Below, piece after piece: positions 21,501-30,400 of a stretch of DNA of 64,000 nucleotides. Within the stretch, counting starts at the first letter, position 1, and each line of letters opens with the position of its first letter. The position numbers were made by a program, and so were the translations under genes. The stretch comes from an uncultured Alphaproteobacteria bacterium (GTDB taxonomy: Bacteria; Pseudomonadota; Alphaproteobacteria; RF32; CAG-239), in the NCBI GenBank assembly GCA_934276635.1, contig CAKQTH010000002.1, forward strand, positions 11,822 through 75,821, written 5' to 3'. The notes beneath the pieces are model-generated. The model ran no database searches, was not told where the DNA came from, and worked only from the letters and a program-made list of their open reading frames with translations.

Positions 21501-21974
21501 AAAGACAACTTTAATATCTATCTCGGCGGTGCGGCGTTCAAAACCGGCTACAATATCAGCCTTAACGAAAGCAAAGACCTGGTTATTCAGCCGAACTTCC
21601 TGACTTCGTACACCGCGCTGAAAACCGAAAATTATCACACTTCGGCCGGCGTTCATGTAAAGTCTGATATGCTGCATGTGGTAGAAATCGCTCCGGGCTT
21701 TAAGCTCATCAAAGAATACGACCACGGATTTAAGGCATATGCTACCATGACGGCGGTTTGGAATGTTATAATCGACGGCGAGGTTCGCGCAAACAATGTG
21801 GTTCTGCCTGACTTGAGCGTCAAACCATACATTGAATACGGATTCGGTTTTGAAAAAGACTGGAGCCAAGAAGAATGGAACCCGGTTGACCTCACAACAT
21901 TCGCGCAAATCGTCAGACGCGACGGCGGACGCGAAGGTTGGGCAGGAACCGCGGGTATCAAATGGAGCTTCTGA
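18585..21974 (+). CDS. autotransporter adhesin with Pmp-type (GGA[IV]xN / FxxN) passenger repeats and a C-terminal beta-barrel
   Basis: Signal peptide MKNYVFKRILLTTSVACGALFVSGNVNA. Repeated GGAIYN/GGAVYN...F.GN motifs. The C-terminus ends in GIKWSF (aromatic terminal residue). 1129 aa. Confidence 0.8.
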   Translation: MKNYVFKRILLTTSVACGALFVSGNVNAATVSTWEEFKAAIAAGESEIVLADNLTATDIITITSPLSIKSADGQVYKISAADGLKFSDSFIKYTGTSSSPLLNLSNVQISNIYRFNNTNAGTYAGGVINNSGKIGTIDGVFSDNKMEYNLDSGGHTRVYGGIIYNSSSGSIDKIGGTFSSNDFVSRVPWSSLNSWGGIISNQGTINEIDANFIGNTMSTEDYRDNYTYGGIIQSSGKIGTIRGLFKDNILKYYNYTSYWNEQRGSLMYIQNGVDNIYADFINNSLYNEANDTLTRVHASLNLGFITLQYNNINDFVSSFAENKMNVTLTGNGNGFVRINDIYQTTAKNIVFDMHNNKVDATAEGYIYYESFNMEGDSTDVTFNNSKFYENETTLESTTKNIYASGLMTVSSSGAKATFNNVLFKDNITTAVGNSTISGGGIKNNGTLNINTALFENNLINSTNAANGGAISNAKTASIIADFVGNKAFAGTDTSTDTNAVARGGAVYNSAAGTIEKLSGVFSDNKAYAIGKTKSSALGGAVYNKGNLTLSNIVMADNNAVAETGTADETNKPEALGGAVYNLGDLHINGSDGFENIISGNKATTKIGETENTVQNGIYTAAADKNVFVNMTTDSKLFVYDTIDGVEAGYNLKFDGDETGQAFIYNNIINANIFLDNMYLNIAQEEYLDNAKTLTLSSGHLDLMNGKVGTIRPAMTLTGNVLLSVDVDLSNKIMDRFADGATATAGKLTISQINLLSDALQDVVYVPFAEDSWRDKVDTTVTDAVYSSIYKYTVSYEADGDENGENRGSFKFVRTSVINPNIEASSIAGIINGAMTQGLIYQKALQGTDNAALIGLGMSSGDEKSEYAIGQMWIRPFLSKENVDLKYSNTVRAQARGMVFGIDSNDIHLDNGGELTISLYGAVVDSDQKFEQNKVKQTGGNLGGSIVATYGDFFAAVTANIGMSDNEVNTVTGKDNFNIYLGGAAFKTGYNISLNESKDLVIQPNFLTSYTALKTENYHTSAGVHVKSDMLHVVEIAPGFKLIKEYDHGFKAYATMTAVWNVIIDGEVRANNVVLPDLSVKPYIEYGFGFEKDWSQEEWNPVDLTTFAQIVRRDGGREGWAGTAGIKWSF

Positions 21975-22017
21975 TAAGCTGTTAGTCCGGTGTAATTTTC
22001 CCCTGACACCGACAAAA

Positions 22018-22050
22018 AAGAGGTTGTTTTTCAGGCAACCTCTTTTCTTT
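22018..22050. terminator. bidirectional rho-independent terminator
   Basis: AAGAGGTTG-9 nt loop-CAACCTCTT, flanked by an A-run and a T-run, between convergent genes. Confidence 0.6.
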
Positions 22051-22067
22051 TTTCTGCTTTTTTTATT

Positions 22068-22550
22068 TTACACTACAAAAATTTTTGCAACGATATATGT
22101 GCAAACAGCGGCAAACAATCCAGCAAACACATCGTCGAGCATAACTCCGAGCGCGGAATGAAGCTTGCTGTCGGCCCATTTTACAGGTCCCATTTTTTTG
22201 ATATCAAACAAACGGAAAAAAGCAAATCCGACAAGGTATATATACCAATGCGACAAATTTGCGTACAAAAGCGGAGAAACCAGCACAAAGCTTAATGTCT
22301 GCCCCACAACTTCATCAACCACAACCCAGCCGGGGTCCTCTACCTTTTGATGTGTGACAACATAGTGCGTTGCCGGCCAGCCCAATACAAAAGCCGCCGC
22401 CGCAACCGCCAAAATTCCCCACAAGCCGAAAAAATACGCCGCCGCCGCGACCAACGGCAAGGTCATAAATGATCCCGCCGTCCCCGGTGCAAACGGAGCA
22501 AACCCGACCCCGAAATATGAGGCAATCGAATATGCAAGATTATGTTTCAT
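22068..22550 (-). CDS. pgpA: phosphatidylglycerophosphatase A
   Basis: 160 aa membrane protein with a PgpA-like sequence (FGVGFAPFAPGTAGS...). Confidence 0.7.
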   Translation of the reverse strand: MKHNLAYSIASYFGVGFAPFAPGTAGSFMTLPLVAAAAYFFGLWGILAVAAAAFVLGWPATHYVVTHQKVEDPGWVVVDEVVGQTLSFVLVSPLLYANLSHWYIYLVGFAFFRLFDIKKMGPVKWADSKLHSALGVMLDDVFAGLFAAVCTYIVAKIFVV

Positions 22551-22562
22551 CGCACTTATCCT

Positions 22563-25175
22563 TTACAATTTGAAATCAATAACGCCGTCATACGCATAGC
22601 GATATAACTTTTCGATTTCTTCAATCAGCGGATAGCGTGGGTTGGCCGAAGTGCATTGATCGTCAAACGCCAGCGTCGGCAATGTTTCCATCGCTTTTTC
22701 AAACGCATCTTTGTCAATGCCCCACTCCTTAATCGAAGCCGGAATATTAAGCTCTTTTTTGAGCTCCTCAACCTTTTGAATCAGGCTTTCTACCAGCTCG
22801 TCATCGGTCTTTCCTTTAAGCCCCATCGCCTCGGCAAAACTGGCATACGCGGCCTTTGCGTGCGGAAAACGATATTGCGGGAATACGCCCTGTTTTACCG
22901 GACAATCGGTTGCGTTATAGCGAATAACCTGGCAAATCAGCAACGCATTCGCAATTCCGTGCGGAACATGGAACGCGGCGCCAAGCTTGTGAGCCATCGA
23001 GTGGCAAACGCCCAAAAACGCATTGGCAAACGCCATACCGGCAATCGTCGCAGCGTGATGAACCCTCTCACGAGACAGAGCATCGGCGTTTTTATATGAC
23101 GATGGCAGATATTCCAAAATCAACTTGCCGGACTCGGTCGAAAGCCCGCGGGTGTATTCGGTAGACATTACCGAAACATAAGATTCCAACGCATGCGTCA
23201 AAACATCGATACCCGATGCGGCACACAGCCCGCGCGGCATTGTCAAAACCAAATCGGCATCAACAATCGCCATATTCGGGGTCAACGCATAGTCCGCAAT
23301 AGCATATTTAATTCCTGTCGTATCGTCGGTAATAATCGAGAACGGCGTAACTTCGGAACCAGTACCGGAAGTTGTCGGAATCGCAACCATTTCAGCCTTT
23401 TTGCCGAGCGGCGGAAATTCAAAAATTCTCTTTCTGATATCCATAAAGCGCATTGCCAAATCTTCAAATTTGAGCTCAGGATGCTCATACATCAGCCACA
23501 AAATTTTGGACGCATCAATCGGAGAACCGCCGCCCAAAGCAATAATCACATCAGGCTCAAAGCTGTTAAGCTGCTTGATTGCCACATTGATGGTGCTCAA
23601 ATCCGGATCCGGCTTAACATCAGAGAAAATGCGGTGTGCAATACCCATCTCGTCCAAAATATCCGTAATCTTTTTGGTATATCCCAAATCAAACAACGGC
23701 TTGTCGGTCACAATAAACGCCTTTTTCTTTCCGGCCAGTTCTTTCAGGGCAAATCCGAGCGAACCCGGTTTGAAATAAATTTTTGACGGGACTTTGAACC
23801 ACAACATATTTTCCTCTCTTTTTGCAACGGTTTTAGTATTAAGCAAGTGTTTTACGCCGACATTTTCACTGACGGAGTTTCCGCCCCACGAGCCGCAGCC
23901 CAAAGTCAGCGAAGGTTCAAGCCTGAAGTTATAAATATCGCCGATTGCGCCTTGCGATGACGGACAGTTAATCATAATTCTGCCGGTGTGCATTGTTGCG
24001 CCGAAAGTCTTGATTCTGTCTTCATTTGCCTGATTTGTATACAGAACTGAAGTGTGTCCGTTGCCGCCGAATGTTACCAAAGCTTTTGCTTTTGCAACTG
24101 CGGATTCAAAATCTTTTTCCTTATACATTGCCAAAACCGGAGAAAGCTTTTCAGCCGAGAAAGGCTCTTCTTTGCCGACTTTTTCGCACAGAGCAATCAA
24201 AACCTTTGTCTGCGGTGCAACTTCTATTCCGGCCATTTTGGCGATAGTCGCGGCTTTTTGCCCCACAATCGCGGAATTGAGCTTGCCGTCCGGCATAATC
24301 ACCTTGCCGAGAGCCTCTTTTTCTTTTGCGCTCAAAATATATGCGCCGCGTTTCAAAAATTCCGCCTTGACGGCATCATAAACCGCATCAACCACAACGA
24401 CCGACTGCTCAGAAGCACAAATCATACCATTATCAAAGGTTTTTGACATCAAAATTGAGCTGACGGCCATTTGCAAATCCGCAGTTTCATCAATCACTGC
24501 CGGAGTATTGCCAGCGCCGACGCCGAGAGCTGGATTTCCGGAAGAATAAGCCGATTTAACCATTCCCGGACCGCCGGTAGCCAAAATCAAATTGGTCTTT
24601 TCGTGCTGCATAAGGTATTGTGTTTGGAAGATTGACGGATTTTCAATCCAGCTGATGATATTTTCCGGAGCGCCGGCCTTTACTGCCTCTTCCAAAATGA
24701 TTTTTGCGGTTTCCACCGTGCATTTTTTGGCGCGCGGATGCGGAGAAAATACAATAGCATTTCTGGTTTTCAGCGCAATCAAGCTTTTGAAAATCACCGT
24801 AGAAGTCGGGTTTGTGGTCGGAATAACGCCGGCAATCACGCCTATCGGATCAGCAATTTTAATCACGCCGTTTTCTTTATCTTCGGCGACAATTCCGCAA
24901 GTTTTTGCGTTTTTATATTTGTTATAGATATATTCCGAGGCGAAATGGTTTTTAATCACCTTATCTTCAACAACGCCCATACCTGTTTCTTCTACCGCCA
25001 TTTTTGCGAGCGGAATACGCAGGGAGCTCATTTTGAGCGCAACGCGGCGAAAGATATGGTCAACTCGTTCCTGCGAATAGGTTGCATAAATTTTCTGAGC
25101 CGCCGAAACTTTTTCAAGCAAATTATCGATGTATTGTTTTTCTTTTTCCATAACATCTTGATTTTCTTCAGCCAT
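22563..25175 (-). CDS. adhE: bifunctional acetaldehyde-CoA/alcohol dehydrogenase
   Basis: N-terminal ALDH domain and a C-terminal Fe-ADH domain (GGGSPIDASK ...). About 870 aa. The start was moved to the ATG at 25175, which has a GGAGAA ribosome-binding site. Confidence 0.9.
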   Translation of the reverse strand: MAEENQDVMEKEKQYIDNLLEKVSAAQKIYATYSQERVDHIFRRVALKMSSLRIPLAKMAVEETGMGVVEDKVIKNHFASEYIYNKYKNAKTCGIVAEDKENGVIKIADPIGVIAGVIPTTNPTSTVIFKSLIALKTRNAIVFSPHPRAKKCTVETAKIILEEAVKAGAPENIISWIENPSIFQTQYLMQHEKTNLILATGGPGMVKSAYSSGNPALGVGAGNTPAVIDETADLQMAVSSILMSKTFDNGMICASEQSVVVVDAVYDAVKAEFLKRGAYILSAKEKEALGKVIMPDGKLNSAIVGQKAATIAKMAGIEVAPQTKVLIALCEKVGKEEPFSAEKLSPVLAMYKEKDFESAVAKAKALVTFGGNGHTSVLYTNQANEDRIKTFGATMHTGRIMINCPSSQGAIGDIYNFRLEPSLTLGCGSWGGNSVSENVGVKHLLNTKTVAKREENMLWFKVPSKIYFKPGSLGFALKELAGKKKAFIVTDKPLFDLGYTKKITDILDEMGIAHRIFSDVKPDPDLSTINVAIKQLNSFEPDVIIALGGGSPIDASKILWLMYEHPELKFEDLAMRFMDIRKRIFEFPPLGKKAEMVAIPTTSGTGSEVTPFSIITDDTTGIKYAIADYALTPNMAIVDADLVLTMPRGLCAASGIDVLTHALESYVSVMSTEYTRGLSTESGKLILEYLPSSYKNADALSRERVHHAATIAGMAFANAFLGVCHSMAHKLGAAFHVPHGIANALLICQVIRYNATDCPVKQGVFPQYRFPHAKAAYASFAEAMGLKGKTDDELVESLIQKVEELKKELNIPASIKEWGIDKDAFEKAMETLPTLAFDDQCTSANPRYPLIEEIEKLYRYAYDGVIDFKL

Positions 25176-25341
25176 AGTTTTCTCCATTATAAAAATTATT
25201 CGATGATAATATCGGGCGATTTTGCGCAAAATTCAAGCGTTTTATCAAAATATCAAATCAATATTTGTTACCATATATTTTAATTGCAATCTGCAAAATT
25301 TTTGCTAGAATTTACAGCAGGATAAATTATTGGAGTTTTTT

Positions 25342-25635
25342 ATGATGAAAAAAACATATTTGGCACTTTTTGCTGCGGCGTTTTTGCTCGGCGGCTGCTC
25401 TGAGCGAAACGAATTTTTACTGACTTGCAACACATTGGGTTTCAACGATTTACGCGATTTGACTTTTCAGGAATGCCGCTGCGTTGCCGACGAACTTGAG
25501 CAAAATCTTGCGGTTGAAGACTTTTCTGAGCTTAATAAGATATTGAAAAATCGCGAGCAGCCACAGATAAATTCAACTTCCGACATTGTTCTGCGCGATG
25601 CCGGACGCAAGTGCGTAAATCCCCTGAAACAATAG
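25342..25635 (+). CDS. small lipoprotein (4 Cys in the mature part)
   Basis: MMKKTYLALFAAAFLLGGCSE lipobox. A GGAG ribosome-binding site lies 5 nt upstream. Confidence 0.55.
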   Translation: MMKKTYLALFAAAFLLGGCSERNEFLLTCNTLGFNDLRDLTFQECRCVADELEQNLAVEDFSELNKILKNREQPQINSTSDIVLRDAGRKCVNPLKQ

Positions 25636-25725
25636 AAAAATCAACTGCGGCATAATTAATATTAGACAAATATTTTTTTTGTGCTAATATTATATCAGTA
25701 TTGTTTATCCGCAAAGGAAAAAATT

Positions 25726-27015
25726 ATGAATCAGGAAAATCTCGAAGTTGTGAAAAAGTTGATGCGATTTGCCAAAGGAAAGCTCGTAAGCGCCTACAAT
25801 TCCGAGCTTTTTCAAAACTTTAAGGCCGAATACACCGGCGCAAAACTGGTTGAAAAGCTGCGTGCCGGAAAGGTCGGCTTTGTCAATGGCGTAAATCAGG
25901 CAAAAGTGGTTTTCCGTCCTCGCTATAAATTGGCTAAAGCGCGTGCTATTGCGGCCGGTCAGCGATTTTTGAGCTTTACGAAAGAAAATCTGCAAGCAGC
26001 GAAAAATTCTGATTTATACAAAGATTTTCAAAATTCAAAATTGGTGCAAAATTGCCGAAAATACGGGCGAAAAGCGGTGCTTGCGGCGTCGATTTCGGGC
26101 GTGTTGCTCGGCGGCGGATATATCTTTAAGAAAAATTCCAACAACAAGAGAACTGCCGAATACAGGCAGGAGATTGTCACTCATACCCCGACCGTGGACG
26201 AGGCCATCAAACATAACGAAAATCTGCTGTTTGCCACCATCGTTCATTCCGAAAATTTCAGCAATGAGCCATACCGCGATTCCGCCGGAGTTCCGACCAT
26301 CGGCTATGGCACGACCGTTTATCCGAACGGAAAAAGAGTTACGATGGGCGACAATCCGATAAGCCGCACTCTTTCGCCGGAAATGGTGCAAAAAAACAAC
26401 GGCAGCTACAAAGACGCGATGTATGACAAGGCGCAGGGATATGTTATATCTCACCTTGAAAAAGAGGTGTATCCGGCGCTCAGAGAGATTAAAGACTTCA
26501 ACAAGCTCACGCAAAATCAACAGGTTGCGCTCGGGCTGTTTGTTTATAATATCGGAAAGTCGGGCTTTGAAAACTCGTCTGTTTTGCAAGAGCTTAATGC
26601 CGGAAATACCTTAGCCGCGTTTGATAACATACTCAAATATAACAAAGTGAAAGGCAAACGGGGAGGATTGGTATTTTCGAGAGGCCTGCAAAAGCGCCGC
26701 GCGTACGAATATATGATTGCGCAGGGCAATGTTTCTTTGGCCGATGTGATAAAAATGCCGATCGGAAGCTTGTATGTCGACTCAGCTTATGAGCTTATGT
26801 ATGGTGGGAAAACAGCGAAAGACTTTGCCGGCGAAAACATTGTAAAGCCGGATTCTTCCAAAGCGGCAGGATATGTTACCGCGCTGATGAGCGCGGCCGG
26901 CAATAAGGTTGAGCATTGCGTCACCAGCGCCTGCCGGCAGGATATCAAAGCAAAAACGGCGTCCGATGCCCAAAAAATTGAAGTTGCGATGCTTGACCGC
27001 GGCAACAGGCGTTGA
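25726..27015 (+). CDS. inner-membrane-anchored glycoside hydrolase family 24 (phage-type lysozyme) protein
   Basis: About 125 aa cytoplasmic N-domain, one TM (AVLAASISGVLLGGGYIF), then a GH24 signature: HSENFSNEPYRDSAGVPTIGYGTT ... LTQNQQVALGLFVYNIGKSGF ... KRGGLVFSRGLQKRRAYEYM. Confidence 0.65.
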   Translation: MNQENLEVVKKLMRFAKGKLVSAYNSELFQNFKAEYTGAKLVEKLRAGKVGFVNGVNQAKVVFRPRYKLAKARAIAAGQRFLSFTKENLQAAKNSDLYKDFQNSKLVQNCRKYGRKAVLAASISGVLLGGGYIFKKNSNNKRTAEYRQEIVTHTPTVDEAIKHNENLLFATIVHSENFSNEPYRDSAGVPTIGYGTTVYPNGKRVTMGDNPISRTLSPEMVQKNNGSYKDAMYDKAQGYVISHLEKEVYPALREIKDFNKLTQNQQVALGLFVYNIGKSGFENSSVLQELNAGNTLAAFDNILKYNKVKGKRGGLVFSRGLQKRRAYEYMIAQGNVSLADVIKMPIGSLYVDSAYELMYGGKTAKDFAGENIVKPDSSKAAGYVTALMSAAGNKVEHCVTSACRQDIKAKTASDAQKIEVAMLDRGNRR

Positions 27016-27063
27016 CATTTCGACCTATTGATACTTATATAATCAGCAGAAAGGGATTTTGTG

Positions 27064-27318
27064 ATGAATTACAAGATTAGCGATTTTTTGATTTGGTTGT
27101 CGGTATTGGTCGCAATGGGGCTGATAATGGCGTTTTCGTTTTATTTGTTTATATTTTTGCTGCCGATAATTTTGCTCGGGATTGTGGGCTATATGTGTTT
27201 TTATCTGTATTGTTACTATGTTGCGAAGCATTCAAAACGCGGGTGCGGAGTAAAAAAATCTGAAAAAAGTGAAAAAATTATCGATGTTGAGTATGAAATA
27301 CTGGACAATAAAAAATAA
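27064..27318 (+). CDS. small two-TM membrane protein with a charged C-terminal tail (holin-like topology)
   Basis: 84 aa with two hydrophobic helices and a KHSKRGCGVKKSEKSEK tail. Lies directly after the lysozyme gene. Confidence 0.4.
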   Translation: MNYKISDFLIWLSVLVAMGLIMAFSFYLFIFLLPIILLGIVGYMCFYLYCYYVAKHSKRGCGVKKSEKSEKIIDVEYEILDNKK

Positions 27319-27404
27319 TTGTATATAATAGGCGATGTTACGTGATGAGAGCGGCAGGGTGATATCTGCCGTTCGCTTTTCAAATAACAGTATATTTCAA
27401 AAAC

Positions 27405-27446
27405 AAAAAAGCCGCGGATGGGGTTTCCCGCCGCGGCTTTTTTGCC
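27405..27446. terminator. bidirectional rho-independent terminator
   Basis: GC-rich hairpin GCCGCGG-atggggtttcc-CCGCGGC flanked by A6 and T6 runs, between the convergent 27064-27318 (+) and 27457-30864 (-) genes. Confidence 0.7.
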
Positions 27447-27456
27447 TTGACTAAGC

Positions 27457-30400
27457 CTACCATTCCTGAGTATATTTCAACTTAGGATTGTTCAAACGCT
27501 TTATATAATTAGGGTTACTTCTTTCTACTCCTTGTTCTACTGTTCTAAGGCTTGAATATTGATTATATTCTGTATCAACCATATTTTCATTGAAATAACT
27601 ATTACTGTTGTTTGTCAAACCATTTCTATCGAAATAACAATATACAGTCGCATAACCTTCTATACTCCATTTATCAACCGGGAACAAATTCCAATATATT
27701 TTGTTATCTCCTTGTCCAAGCTGCGGTGCTTCTGATCCACCCATTCCCGGTGTTTTGCTTGAATCAAACAAGTGGCTCCACAACACTGACGGATAGATAA
27801 ATCCCATATAGGTATTCCAACCTACAAATTGTCCGCCTGTTGAATATTCATTTCCTTTGTTATTATTTTCTCCTACATTTCCTCCCAAATTAAGCTTAAT
27901 TGCCGACTTCAACCATGTATTTTGTTGGAATATTCTCGGAATTGTTATAGAACCTCCTCCTGCCGGAATCTCTTTTATATCACCTTTTATCAATCCTTTA
28001 CTGGTCATATCATAAATCTTTTTATCTGGAGATTTGGCACTAGTGTTTCCATACATTGGTGTCGATTCGTTCAAATATAATCTATTACCTGCATCTGCAC
28101 TGCTATCTTCTACCAGAGTACCGATTTGAGCCATACGCCAGCCGGCAGGAGTCAAAGTAATAACTTTTGCATACCCCGGAGGACACTGCGGCGCCGGGAC
28201 AACTCCTAAAAATGCTGATGCAAATATAGCATTTACTTCCTTCACTGAATTGTTCATACTAGTTATGTCTTTTTCTTTAGGTGTCGTTCCCTCACCATAG
28301 CTGTTATCCGTAACATAAATACCTTTATTAATAAAGTCAGGCAAAATATCGCTCAAACGAGCTCCACCGCGGGAGGTCAGCTTGATATCGTGCATAACCG
28401 AAGTATATGCCGGATCTACCATATAGTGGTCATAACGCACACCATGACCTATTGTTTTGTCTTTATATACTTCATTTGGATTTCTCTCATAAGATACTCC
28501 GTTTTTTACATCCTGGACATTATCTACAACAAACCTGTCCGCTTTAACATACCCCGTCCCCGCATCAGCAGCATTTTTACCGGTTGAATCAGCAGCATTT
28601 TTACCGGTTGAAGAGGCTATCTTGTCTAAATCATCAAATTGCTGTACATCTATTGAACCTCTGCGGATATATACACCAGCTTTGATAGTATTATTTGCTC
28701 TATCTTGTACATTAAAATTATCATCACCTTTTGAAACATCATCTGAGCCGCTTACCGCCAACACATTATTTTGCAAGACAACTTTTCCGCCATATGCATT
28801 ATCACCAGACTTATGATGAACAGTTTGAATATGTATATATTGATCACCCTGCAATTGAATATTATTCGATGCATTAAATTGCAAGAAACTACCTTTATCA
28901 TATTTAGGAGTGACATCTATGCCATTATTTGCTTCTACACTATCTCTAGACAATGTTATTGTTCCATCTACTCCCTTTGTTGAATCTGACGGGGAAACAT
29001 TCATTACAATATCTCCACCCTTTACCGTTGTATTAACATTACCAGCAGTAACTTTGTTTTCTATGTTAGCATCAGAAACAGTCATAGCTATACCGCCGAC
29101 ATTCTTAACCGCTTTGCCATCGTCTTTATAAATTCGACCTATATCCAATTGAGAGAGTGGTTTTTTTACTGTTGATCCTGACGATGATTGTCCTAACGTC
29201 CTCATTTGAATAGTACCTTGTAGCAAGTCGCCTACACTTTCTTGGTCATTGCCATAACCTTTTATTTGTCTGGCTTCTTCAAGCTTTCCGCTGGACGCCA
29301 CATTTATATATGCATACTGCGCCGGTAATTCTCCCGCTTTACTTTCACCTTTTCTTTTATACCCGATTTTAACACCGTTTTTATCTACATCTAAATTCCA
29401 GGTTTCTTGGCTATTGTCTAGATCGTTTCTGCCTGCGCGCAATGATTTTGTATCAAAATTATCAGATTTCAAATATCCTGTTTCCAGCTGTGTCGCAATT
29501 GTTCTACCTGATAAAATATTTGCATTTTTTGCATTATTTGCGGCAACTATATATGATGTATAAGCAGCATTGCCATCACTATCTTTTTTTCCTATACGAG
29601 CATATTTGTCTTTAAATCCGGACCCATCGTATGTGGCTTTATTATCTTGTGTACCGACATAATTTTTTGGATTCATTGCCACAAGTTGATTTTTAATAGT
29701 CGTTCCATCTTCTTTGATACTAACCTTAGCATCGTCACTATTGCCAAAGAAACGAACAGCTCTTGCATCACCAGATTCTTCTGCGCCTATATTTGCAGAA
29801 ATTAAATTATTAGCATATGTCAAAGTATTACTATTTACGGCAAACTTATCCTTACTATCGCCGGTTCTGCTGAATGTCATGCCACTGTTATCAACAACCA
29901 GTCCGGCTCCGGCAACCGCTGTAGTATTTCCTTCTCCTGTAGTAGAGGTATACGGATTGTATTTAAATTCTGTTTCATCGACACTCAGTTTTTTCCGAGC
30001 GGCTTCCAATGATCCGCCTAACCAAGTATTTTTAACAGCGCCTTTACTGCTGACATACAAAGCATAACCTTCTGCATCGGCAGTTATATCATCATCTTGA
30101 TTATCTTTTTTATTTCCATCTCTTCCTTCTTGATGGCCAATCAAAAGTTGGCGAACGCCTTCGATGCTTTTTGCGCCATCATCACCCCACATATACAAGT
30201 TTGTCTGCATGGTGTTGTTTTCAACATCATCTTCAACGCGATATAAAAACTTGCTGGTATCAATCTGTGCCGACGCCCCGACCGCATTCTGCGATGCCAC
30301 AACAACCGAGTTATCAGAAATACCATTTAGCTCTATATCTGCAGGATCTGTCTGCCATGTACCCTGAACGCCGAGCACTTCACCGTTGTCAACAATTGCT

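Noticed and set aside
19923-21908. Several minus-strand ORFs (167, 283, 109, 120 aa) inside the autotransporter gene
   Set aside because: They overlap a strongly supported 1129-aa CDS on the opposite strand. They have no ribosome-binding sites and non-protein-like composition.
22656-24446. Plus-strand ORFs (147, 197, 125, 130 aa) within adhE
   Set aside because: Antisense to adhE and Arg/Cys-rich, so spurious.
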